Virus record (IMG/VR): IMGVR_UViG_3300048598_000484
Span: 1-38,992 of that record
Reading direction: 5' to 3' (one strand)
DNA length: 38,992 nucleotides
Source of the DNA: a virus
Taxonomy: Duplodnaviria > Caudoviricetes
In this document: piece by piece, positions 1 through 8,166 of the stretch
How the letters are laid out: every line of letters begins with the position of its first letter
How positions within the stretch are numbered: position 1 is the first letter of the stretch
Made by a program: the position numbers and the translations under genes
Notes under the pieces: model-generated
Seen by the model: only the letters and a program-made list of their open reading frames with translations
Told to the model about the DNA's origin: nothing
Databases searched by the model: none

Positions 1-1380
1 TCAACGAGTGTATTCGCTTTGTTTGACGATATTCTCCAACACCTCCGCCGCCTTCTCATCCGCCGTCCTGATCGCATGCGAGTAGATGTTCGCTGTTGTC
101 GAAGTTTGTGCATGCCCTGCTCGATAACTCACCGTCTTCAGCGGAATCCCTGATGCAAGCAAGAGCGTGATGTTCGTATGCCTCAAGGAGTGAATCGAAA
201 TCTGCGGCAAATCCGTACGCGAGATGAAATCGTGAAACCAACCGGTAATGCTGTCCGGGTGAACCGGTGTACCGTCATCCTGAGTAAAAATTCGGTCGCT
301 GTCGACCCACCGGTCCCCCATCGCAATGCGCTTCTTCCGCTGCCATTTTCGATGCTCTTTCAATAGTTCGAACGCCTGTTCTGGCAACTTAATTGTGCGC
401 ACAGAAGAATCGGTTTTCGTGCCTTTCGTGAAGATGCCCATATCCGGTAGATACTGCGATGTCCGGCAAACCGTGATCATGTTGTTCTTGAAGTCGATGT
501 CCTTCCATTCAAGTCCACATAATTCTCCGCGCCGTACACCGCTGAGCAGGAAGAATCGAATCATCACCTGATTCTGGTATGGTTCATTGTCCAGCAATCG
601 CAGAAGCGTCGCGGTCTGCTCTTCATCAAGATACTTCGCTTCTTTGCGCTCGAACTTGGGCGGTTTCACACGTCGTGAAGGATTGTCAGGAATCACCTGC
701 CAGAACACCGCTTGATTGAGAATTGACGAGATTAGCCGGTGATGGTGGTTGATCGTCTTCCCCGCCAGCTGATGCACCGGTTTTGTCGATTCAATGCCTT
801 CCTCGAAGGAAATTCCAAGTATGTCGCAGGCAGCCTGCGCAATGCGAACGTCAACACCCTGTCCCCGAATCAGGCGGTACATCGTATTCACATGGCACTC
901 CGCTTCATCCGCCAGTGCCTGTCGCGTCATGCCGGATTTTTGAAACATAGAAAGCAAGCGGGGCGTCGCCTTAAACGACACCCCGCTTTGATTTTTCGTA
1001 TTCTGTAGACTAGCGTAGAACGCCATCAGATGATGTGGTTGCAGCTTGTCCAGCCGGATATACCCGATCGCCGGGAGGATGCGTCTGAGCAGTTCCTCAT
1101 ATCGAACGAGCGTCTTGGGCGCAAGATTCGGCTCAGCGTAATCGCGTTTCCAACGCTCGACGAATTCTGCAAACGTCACATGCCCATCCAGCACCTGACC
1201 CGTGCGCACCCTGCGTTCGAACAGCACCGCTTGTGTGTTCAGCGCTTCCTTAATCTGCCGCTTGGTCATGCCGGGATCGGGTCTCCATGTCATGGTTTTG
1301 CGCTTTTGCCGTCCATCAAGGCCGTACCCCTCGCTGACCATGATCATGTAGCCACCGTTTCGTTCCAGTATGGTTGCCAT
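1..1380 (-). CDS. int: Tyrosine recombinase/integrase with an internal XRE-like HTH insertion
   Basis: GVRRGE, HSLRH, AGH and IYSH catalytic motifs; GGGAGG RBS. Confidence 0.95.
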   Translation of the reverse strand: MATILERNGGYMIMVSEGYGLDGRQKRKTMTWRPDPGMTKRQIKEALNTQAVLFERRVRTGQVLDGHVTFAEFVERWKRDYAEPNLAPKTLVRYEELLRRILPAIGYIRLDKLQPHHLMAFYASLQNTKNQSGVSFKATPRLLSMFQKSGMTRQALADEAECHVNTMYRLIRGQGVDVRIAQAACDILGISFEEGIESTKPVHQLAGKTINHHHRLISSILNQAVFWQVIPDNPSRRVKPPKFERKEAKYLDEEQTATLLRLLDNEPYQNQVMIRFFLLSGVRRGELCGLEWKDIDFKNNMITVCRTSQYLPDMGIFTKGTKTDSSVRTIKLPEQAFELLKEHRKWQRKKRIAMGDRWVDSDRIFTQDDGTPVHPDSITGWFHDFISRTDLPQISIHSLRHTNITLLLASGIPLKTVSYRAGHAQTSTTANIYSHAIRTADEKAAEVLENIVKQSEYTR

Positions 1381-1387
1381 TTTGCAT

Positions 1388-1440
1388 CCTCCCTTCGTTT
1401 CGTAGTCTGTATATTCGCTCAGGTCGAACCGACTATCAAG
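1388..1440 (-). promoter_or_regulatory. Putative integrase promoter; motif shared with 23119-23173
   Basis: CTTGATAnTC-N9-TGAnCnA-N7-GACTACnAAA directly upstream of the RBS. Confidence 0.55.
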
Positions 1441-1468
1441 TCTTATTTTTGATGTTTACGAAGAAATA

Positions 1469-1693
1469 TCAGGCGTTGCCCTGAGCAACTTTTCTCAGGT
1501 GCTCAATGAGTAAATCAACATCGACCAGATATTTCTTGCCGCACTTCATGCGCGGTACTGCGCCCGAAACGATCAAGCATCGCACATAGTTGGCAGAGAT
1601 CGCTGTTTTTGGATCCGCTTCCTTGATGCAGGCATACGCTTCCGTCAAGGTTCTCATCCGCGGTAAACGGAGAACCGCTCCATGTTCCTCCAT
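1469..1693 (-). CDS. Excisionase-like small DNA-binding protein
   Basis: 74 aa; winged-HTH-like pattern (SGAVPRMKCGKKYLVDVD); directly upstream of the integrase. Confidence 0.75.
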   Translation of the reverse strand: MEEHGAVLRLPRMRTLTEAYACIKEADPKTAISANYVRCLIVSGAVPRMKCGKKYLVDVDLLIEHLRKVAQGNA

Positions 1694-1696
1694 GGA

Positions 1697-2182
1697 CTAA
1701 TCCTCCTTCATTTGACCAATCAGATGCTCCGCCGTACCTGTAATGAGCGCGGAGATATCCACCTGCGCGGCGGTCAAAACATCCATCGCGGATGCGGACA
1801 GCTTCGCGGTGGTCTTCTCGAAGAGCAGTTGTCCAAGCTTTGCGATCTCATCCGTAGTCAGTTTACCGTCCTTGCTCGCGGCCTTCATGCCATCAACCAC
1901 AGTTTGTTTGAGCTCACCGACTGTGATTTGTGCGAGCTTAATCAGCTCCTGCTGCGCATGGTTCACGGTGTCCAGTTGCGTTGCCTTGCCAAGCTTCGCG
2001 GTCAGCCATGCACCAAACACGCCGATCAGGGCAATAAAAAATGCCGCTGCAATGTTCACGGCATTCTCTATCAGGATTTGGGCGACGGTAGCGTCTGTGT
2101 TTCCGCCGGTGTCCGCCAGCGCGACGACGGGCAGCGTGAGCAACAGGAACGCGAGTAGTACCAGAATCAGTTTCTTTTTCAT
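1697..2182 (-). CDS. Holin-like membrane protein
   Basis: N-terminal hydrophobic/signal segment plus a second TM helix; lysis-module position; start set at MKKKLIL after a GGAG RBS. Confidence 0.65.
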   Translation of the reverse strand: MKKKLILVLLAFLLLTLPVVALADTGGNTDATVAQILIENAVNIAAAFFIALIGVFGAWLTAKLGKATQLDTVNHAQQELIKLAQITVGELKQTVVDGMKAASKDGKLTTDEIAKLGQLLFEKTTAKLSASAMDVLTAAQVDISALITGTAEHLIGQMKED

Positions 2183-2198
2183 TTTGTTTTCTCCTTTT

Positions 2199-2501
2199 TT
2201 AGATAGATGTAGCCTGCTCCGAAGCAAGCTCGTGGACAAAATCTTCGTATTCCTCTTGCGCGGTCTTCGCTTTGTCCCGCGCGGTCTTCATTTCGCCGTT
2301 TGTTTCGCCACGCTCCACGGCGATACAAGTCGCCAACGAAAGCGATAGGCTCGCATCCTGCATCTTCATGGCGAGCTTTGATTCCTTTGCGCGAATAGCG
2401 GCGCGTTTCTCCGTCTGTTTTCGGTCGCGTGTCATACGCACCTGCAGCCAAACGACTAGCAACGCGAACACGCCCGATATGATCTCACCGATGTATTCCA
2501 T
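2199..2501 (-). CDS. Small single-TM plus coiled-coil lysis-module protein (holin-like)
   Basis: N-terminal TM helix; lies between the endolysin and the holin-like gene. Confidence 0.55.
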   Translation of the reverse strand: MEYIGEIISGVFALLVVWLQVRMTRDRKQTEKRAAIRAKESKLAMKMQDASLSLSLATCIAVERGETNGEMKTARDKAKTAQEEYEDFVHELASEQATSI

Positions 2502-2518
2502 ATCCGCTCCTCTCCGTT

Positions 2519-3271
2519 TTATTTATATAGAAGCTTGCAGCGGCCGCACTTATGCCAATACCCGCTGCCGCCTTGATTGATTCCCTCCACAACGACACCT
2601 ACGTCACGCCCTTTCGCGTGGATGACCATGCCACGGCCCAGATAAAGCCCCACATGCGTTTCATCGCTGGCATTCGTCGTGCTGTTTCGGAACAGGAAAT
2701 CACCGGCGATCAGTTCATTGCGCGCGACCACGTCACACAGCGCCCAAAGTCCATCGCAGTTCTTTCGATCGTCCCAAATGCCCGTCTCACGCATGAGCCA
2801 GGAAAGAAAGCCAGAGCAGTCATGTGCCATGAGGTCGGCGAATCCAGCTTTATACTGACTTTCGCGAAACGTGATCGCGCGCGCGAACTCGTCGTCCATT
2901 ACCTTGATCTTGGCGTCAGAAAGATCGGTTAAAGCGGAAGCGCCCCAAACATACAGGTCGCCAATCCTTGTCAGCGCCAACGCACAGATCGCTTTCGCCT
3001 TATCTGCTACTGCCGGTTTCGTGATCGGCTCCGTCTCCGTAATCGTGCCGTCAATCAGAGCCGCCCACGTTTCTTTCCCAATCACTCCATCGACAGTCAG
3101 CGCAGCTTGTGCCTGAAACCGTCTCACGGCTTCCAACGTGTCTGCGCCGAACGTCTTCCTCGACACCGTTGTAATATGATCGCCATAGAACCCAAGCTCT
3201 AGGAGCTTTTGTTTACAAAAAAGCACGTCCTCGCCGGACGTACCTTTTTTCAAATTGCGCGTAAATTCCAT
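2519..3271 (-). CDS. Endolysin: peptidoglycan-binding domain plus NlpC/P60 peptidase
   Basis: FGADTLEAVRRFQ...VDGVIGKETW PG-binding motif; YVWGA, DCSGF, HVGLY and IHA NlpC/P60 motifs. Confidence 0.9.
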   Translation of the reverse strand: MEFTRNLKKGTSGEDVLFCKQKLLELGFYGDHITTVSRKTFGADTLEAVRRFQAQAALTVDGVIGKETWAALIDGTITETEPITKPAVADKAKAICALALTRIGDLYVWGASALTDLSDAKIKVMDDEFARAITFRESQYKAGFADLMAHDCSGFLSWLMRETGIWDDRKNCDGLWALCDVVARNELIAGDFLFRNSTTNASDETHVGLYLGRGMVIHAKGRDVGVVVEGINQGGSGYWHKCGRCKLLYK

Positions 3272-3426
3272 TCGGTTACTCCTATTATTAATTTCCTTAT
3301 CTGTAATGGTTTTGAGTTGCTCTATTCATAAATGTCTGTTATGGTAAACATGTGTGACTTGCATGGCCTTAACGCGTTGAACTTTTCTTTCCTCCCTTCA
3401 TTCAGCACTTTGGCCCTGCAATACTA

Positions 3427-3450
3427 AGGGCGCTTCGTGAGAAGCGCCCT
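3427..3450. terminator. Perfect 10-bp hairpin, probable terminator
   Basis: AGGGCGCTTC-GTGA-GAAGCGCCCT. Confidence 0.55.
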
Positions 3451-3528
3451 AGCCATACATTTGATCGAGTGATTTTTGCAACAATCTAAAGGCTTTTTAT
3501 GTCTAAAAATGCAATTACATTTTGAATC

Positions 3529-3537
3529 TGTTATAAT
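3529..3537 (+). promoter_or_regulatory. Extended -10 promoter of the small moron
   Basis: TGTTATAAT upstream of a GGAGGTG RBS. Confidence 0.6.
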
Positions 3538-3565
3538 GAAAGCATCAAACGTGGAGGTGAAAAAG

Positions 3566-3760
3566 ATGGCAACAGTCGAACAATTGGTAAAACAGTATGA
3601 GACCGACAAAGCCCTGCAAGCCGAAGTAGCAGCTATTGTTGCGGACGGCAAGGTATCCATGATGGAATTCCTGTCGTTTGCAAAAAAGCATGATGTCGCA
3701 ATTTCACTTGAAGACCTTCCCAAGTACCTCGAACAAGCGAAAAAACTCGGATTCATGTAA
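3566..3760 (+). CDS. 64-aa moron protein resembling a Nif11-type leader
   Basis: Strong RBS, own promoter and terminator; pattern VEQLVKQYETDKALQ...FAKKHDVAISLEDL. Confidence 0.7.
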   Translation: MATVEQLVKQYETDKALQAEVAAIVADGKVSMMEFLSFAKKHDVAISLEDLPKYLEQAKKLGFM

Positions 3761-3776
3761 TACGCATTCATCCATG

Positions 3777-3800
3777 AAGCCCGGCTATATGCCGGGCTTT
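3777..3800 (+). terminator. Intrinsic terminator
   Basis: AAGCCCGGC-TATAT-GCCGGGCTT plus T. Confidence 0.7.
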
Positions 3801-5877
3801 ATGCTGTCCTTTTCCAGAAATAACAAGTGATGTAGGGCTGCAGGTTGTTGTGCGCTGCGCCGCTGCCGTTACTGCCAACCGAGCCAGAAACGGAACCCGT
3901 ATGGTCATGCGACCCGCCGGAACCAGTCGTCTGTCCGCTGGTGCTTCCGCCGTTGGTCATATAGTAATAGGTAGAGCCGGAACCGCTTCCGACCTTATAC
4001 GATCCCGCCGACGCTTGGTGGGTATGCGCGCCATTGGTGTTCACCGTCACGGAGCCGCTGAACGAGTGATTATGTGACGGCAACTCCGCTGTCGCAAGTG
4101 TATGCGTGTTCGTACCACCTGTCTTCTCCACCGAGTTGAAGTTCGTGTCGGACGTGTTCACGCCCACCGGCACGCGGCCCGTTCCCCAGCGTACCCAAGT
4201 GCCGCCCAGAAACGTGCTTTCATCCGCGGCCGATACCGTCATGCGAATGCTTCCTACCGGGAAGATCAGGTTCGCCAGCCACATGACGCTTGAAAACGTT
4301 ACTGCATCGTCAAACTGCACGTTCTCGCGAAACCGCGCCGGCCAGCCAACATCGAAGCTGTCCTCCTCGGCGACCTTACCGACCGCCAATCCCATACCGG
4401 TGCTGCGCACGGAAAGGATGACTTCCGCCGTACTCAGGTCAATATATCCGTATGCTTCACTGAAATAGTCGCCGAGCGTTACGCGAATGTCGTAGGTATA
4501 CTGATTCGAGAGGCTTCCGCCGATGCGATAACTGCCATTGACAGCATACGTGGGCAGCGTGAACGTCGTATCCGTGTAGTACGTTTCGCTTTTGCGCTTA
4601 TACCCAATTTTGAGTACACGCGTATTTTTGTTGTTCACAGAGGAGATCGCACCTGCGACCGCGACCATGGCGTATGTTCCCGTGTTGCTGGCGTTTCCCA
4701 CAGCGTCGCACCGAAAGACTGAAACGGTCTGCACCGAGGGCGAGTCATATGCCACAACCTCAAAAGTTCCAGTCAGCACCGTCGTTCGTCCCCGGCTATC
4801 CGTGATCATCGTGCGTATCGTGTTCGATCCGACTGTTGCTAGTTCGTTCGTTGTGAAAGAGCTACCCGAGTACGTTGCTCCGTTTACCGTGGTCGAAATC
4901 GACGAGATGGACGAACCGTAGACACCGGAAGCAGAAATACTGACGCTTAATTTGCTCTTTCGCTGAACAAAGCACCCGAATAGCGTCGCCAATTCTCCCT
5001 CCGCCTCGGAGAACCAGATCGACCCCGCTGGCGCAACGGAAGTGGGAATCGCTGCGGTAATGCTGACCTGTGTCGTGCCAAGAAGAACACCGTCGGAGTA
5101 GGTATCGCAATACAACGTTCCCGCTACGCTCGTCGCATTCGGCGCAGTGTTGGCTTCGTCCAATGAAGGTGTCCACGAAATGTTTGTTGCAGCGGTTAGC
5201 GCCGCGATCGTTGTCTCCGCGCGCGAGCCAAACTTCGCACGCAGCGTGTGTAAGAACGCGCTCGATGCGGGTGTCAGCGAAATCGTCGACGCGCTGCCGA
5301 GCGTCACGGCTGAGTTGATGGGCGTCGTAATGCGCGGGATCGCCGGCAACGATAGGACAACGCTGCCGTTTGCCGTTCCAATCGATGCGGAGTAGGTGCA
5401 ATTCGCTGTAAAAGCCAAGGTGATCTGCTTTGTTCCATCCGAGTTGTGGGGGACCGTGCATTCTCCATATGCTTCGCTCTCTGTGCTCGCGTTATCGGTT
5501 AGGATCATGAGGTATTGGTAGCCCAGCGCCGTATCATATGGCTCCTGATACTGCGTAATATACTCGTTGCGGTAAGGAATCCGCGAGATCGCGAAGCCTC
5601 TCCCGATACGGTTGTACACGGAGCTTCCATCGACCGATACGCTCATCGCGCCGCGCGCATTTGAATCGATGTTATTGCAATAGACATCGAACTGCGAGGT
5701 GTTGCCCGAGGTCGCCAGAAACACATAGAATCGGATGGTAGACGTGTTGTTAGCAACAGACTGCGAAACGATCTTGTATTCCAGCCAACAGGAAACCTTG
5801 CTTGCCGCGGTTCCAGAAAGAGAACCGTTGACGATCGTGTATCCGTCATGAATCGACTCATAAGGCCAATTTGCCAT
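3799..5877 (-). CDS. Minor tail/tail fibre protein (DUF859-like) with C-terminal baseplate/fibre domain
   Basis: S/T/G-rich beta protein; IFPVGSI...GGTW...GRVPVGV and HNNLQPYITCYFWKRTA; repeated HxH motifs. Confidence 0.8.
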   Translation of the reverse strand: MANWPYESIHDGYTIVNGSLSGTAASKVSCWLEYKIVSQSVANNTSTIRFYVFLATSGNTSQFDVYCNNIDSNARGAMSVSVDGSSVYNRIGRGFAISRIPYRNEYITQYQEPYDTALGYQYLMILTDNASTESEAYGECTVPHNSDGTKQITLAFTANCTYSASIGTANGSVVLSLPAIPRITTPINSAVTLGSASTISLTPASSAFLHTLRAKFGSRAETTIAALTAATNISWTPSLDEANTAPNATSVAGTLYCDTYSDGVLLGTTQVSITAAIPTSVAPAGSIWFSEAEGELATLFGCFVQRKSKLSVSISASGVYGSSISSISTTVNGATYSGSSFTTNELATVGSNTIRTMITDSRGRTTVLTGTFEVVAYDSPSVQTVSVFRCDAVGNASNTGTYAMVAVAGAISSVNNKNTRVLKIGYKRKSETYYTDTTFTLPTYAVNGSYRIGGSLSNQYTYDIRVTLGDYFSEAYGYIDLSTAEVILSVRSTGMGLAVGKVAEEDSFDVGWPARFRENVQFDDAVTFSSVMWLANLIFPVGSIRMTVSAADESTFLGGTWVRWGTGRVPVGVNTSDTNFNSVEKTGGTNTHTLATAELPSHNHSFSGSVTVNTNGAHTHQASAGSYKVGSGSGSTYYYMTNGGSTSGQTTGSGGSHDHTGSVSGSVGSNGSGAAHNNLQPYITCYFWKRTA

Positions 5878-5881
5878 TGTC

Positions 5882-7525
5882 TCACCCCGCGATCTTTTTA
5901 AAGTTCAAATTGCCGCTCTCGGGCACCCATGCATATCCGCCGATTCGCAGCGAAGAAAGCACCTGCACGTCGTTGACGTACAGCTTGCCGGAAGAGAAAT
6001 AGGCGATCGCGCTATCGGTGGTAACGCTATCCTCGCTGCCGGAGAAGAAATAAAGCACATCGTTTTCCAGCTTCAGCTTGATTGCGGACGTGCTCTTTCC
6101 GATCACAATGCCGGATGAAATCAACCGAATGAAACTGCGCACCGACTCGAACTGCTGCGACGTTTCACCGTTCAGTGTTGAAATGCGGCTTGCCGTCTCA
6201 GTAAAGTTCGCTTCGATCGTCCCCGCCATAATGGAGAATGAGGTCTGAACCGTATTCTGCAGCGCGTTGAAATCCTGCGTCCGGACATAGTCTTCCAGAG
6301 CGGTCATGATAATCTGCTGCGCGGATTGCAGGATCGAGGTGTTCTGGGACATCTGCTCCTGCACGATTTCCTTGATCTCTCCGTGCGTCGTGTAGTCCGC
6401 CTCGATCGTTTCGATACGGTTCTTCACCGAAGCATTCTGTCGGATCTCCTCCCCGATCAAAGACGGGCGTGAGTCCCCAAGCACTATGCCGGTGCTCGCT
6501 GGATTGTTCAGCGGAATCGTCAACTCGGACAGTACATACATCTCTTCCGGGCAGAGCGTGCCGCAGGAGAAGATCACTTTATCCAAGAATTGGAAAGATT
6601 CGACGTTCGCATCGGCATTGTGCAGGTCGACCGCCGAGAGCTTGATTGTCTGTTTGAACCGCGCGCCGGATCCGCTCAGCCAGTCGCGACCTCGGTTCAT
6701 GAGGATCGTCGCGTCGGAAACATCGTCCCATGTGGTCAGTCCAGATGGCGCAAAGATAACGCCGTAATCAGCCGAAAGTACAGAATCGATCTGGTAATCC
6801 CGCCCTTCGTTCACGCTCGTGATCGTCAGCCGCGCGTCGCTTTCCGATTCCGGATCGATATCCCGCAGCGCCGCGCCAAGCGGAATGCAAGCAGTATAGG
6901 TTTCAGAAGCGTTCTTACTCAAAACGAGGTCGATCAGGTTTTCACCAAACTCGATCCGCTGGGTCGATGTGTCCGGCACATCGGCGAGATAGTCCAAGAT
7001 CGGATTTTCGTTTTCGTCAAATCTGACGATCAGGTAACCGCCGAGTGTATCAAGCAGACTGGTTTTCAGGACCTGCCACGCCGAAAGGTAATCCTTCGTC
7101 GCAATGCTGACCGAACCAGTAAGATCGCAGTTCCCTAAACCAAGCCGCTGATTCACGTTCACCTGCGAGTTGTGCTGGGTCAGGAGATATTCCCAAGCAT
7201 CCGCCGCTGTACCATCCATGACAAACGGTCGAAGAATACTGTCCAGTAAAAATGCCAATATCCCTTCTGCCATCACCTTGCGGTTTTCGTACAGATCCCG
7301 TTCGTCTTCGATCGCACGACCAATCCAGATCAGGGTATCGTCCCGATAGACCTTGATACGGCTTTTGAGCTTTTCCAGCACGCCATAGTGCGGGTGCTCC
7401 TTGGGAATCGTGAACGTCAGCTCACCCGGCTCGTTCTTTTTCTGCGTCAGCGTTGGTTCCATAACGAACAGGTCTGGAAAGCGCGGGTCATGTATTACGT
7501 AGGAATCGCAGAGGATACGGTACAT
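5882..7525 (-). CDS. Tail spike/Tal (prophage endopeptidase-type tail protein)
   Basis: Follows Dit; IEFGENLID and IPLGA motifs; C-terminal coiled coil. Confidence 0.8.
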   Translation of the reverse strand: MYRILCDSYVIHDPRFPDLFVMEPTLTQKKNEPGELTFTIPKEHPHYGVLEKLKSRIKVYRDDTLIWIGRAIEDERDLYENRKVMAEGILAFLLDSILRPFVMDGTAADAWEYLLTQHNSQVNVNQRLGLGNCDLTGSVSIATKDYLSAWQVLKTSLLDTLGGYLIVRFDENENPILDYLADVPDTSTQRIEFGENLIDLVLSKNASETYTACIPLGAALRDIDPESESDARLTITSVNEGRDYQIDSVLSADYGVIFAPSGLTTWDDVSDATILMNRGRDWLSGSGARFKQTIKLSAVDLHNADANVESFQFLDKVIFSCGTLCPEEMYVLSELTIPLNNPASTGIVLGDSRPSLIGEEIRQNASVKNRIETIEADYTTHGEIKEIVQEQMSQNTSILQSAQQIIMTALEDYVRTQDFNALQNTVQTSFSIMAGTIEANFTETASRISTLNGETSQQFESVRSFIRLISSGIVIGKSTSAIKLKLENDVLYFFSGSEDSVTTDSAIAYFSSGKLYVNDVQVLSSLRIGGYAWVPESGNLNFKKIAG

Positions 7526-8166
7526 CAGAGCGCTCCTTTCCGGTAGGTGAACGTGATCGAGCCAGATCCTGTGATCTCAACTTCCGTATCGCCCTCCATG
7601 AGAACAAGCGAAGGCATGACATGAGATCCAGCAGCGAGGCTGATCGAATATGACACTCCTGCGATCGCGAACACAAGCGTCATCTCAGCGGATACGGCAA
7701 TTGTCGGCACGACCGGCATGCGCGTGTTCGTCAGCGTCACAGTTGCGCTGCCCGTTGGAAGAACCGTGATCGCAGTCTCGAAGTGCTCCAGCTTGTATGG
7801 TTTCGCGCGGCATTTCAGCGATAGTTCGCAATATCCTGCGTGCCGTTCGACATCCTCAAGTGTAACCCGGGCATCATAGTAGTAGGTCGGGTCGCGATCA
7901 AAGATCACGTTCATGCGACGCCCGTGTGCATCCGCCGCGAATGTGGAGATCAGCGTGTCAAACGGCGCGCGGGTATATAGTGTCAACGGAATGATCCTGT
8001 CAGTGTAACGTACCGTACCAAACGCCTCCGAAAGGTCGAGCGCACCGTCGCGCCCTGGGATCTCCACGAAGCTCGTCTGCGGCTCCGGCATGGGGATGGC
8101 GTAGGGCGCGACGATCAGGCCGTAGTCCGCGTGCGCCCATTTCGTTCCGAATCGAATATCGCTCAC
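7525..8166 (-). CDS. Distal tail protein (Dit)
   Basis: VEIPGRDGALDLSE motif; follows the tape measure gene. Confidence 0.8.
   Translation of the reverse strand: MSDIRFGTKWAHADYGLIVAPYAIPMPEPQTSFVEIPGRDGALDLSEAFGTVRYTDRIIPLTLYTRAPFDTLISTFAADAHGRRMNVIFDRDPTYYYDARVTLEDVERHAGYCELSLKCRAKPYKLEHFETAITVLPTGSATVTLTNTRMPVVPTIAVSAEMTLVFAIAGVSYSISLAAGSHVMPSLVLMEGDTEVEITGSGSITFTYRKGAL

Noticed and set aside
3799-5877. Diversity-generating retroelement or invertible tail-fibre system
   Set aside because: No reverse transcriptase or invertase, and I saw no second copy of the fibre 3' end
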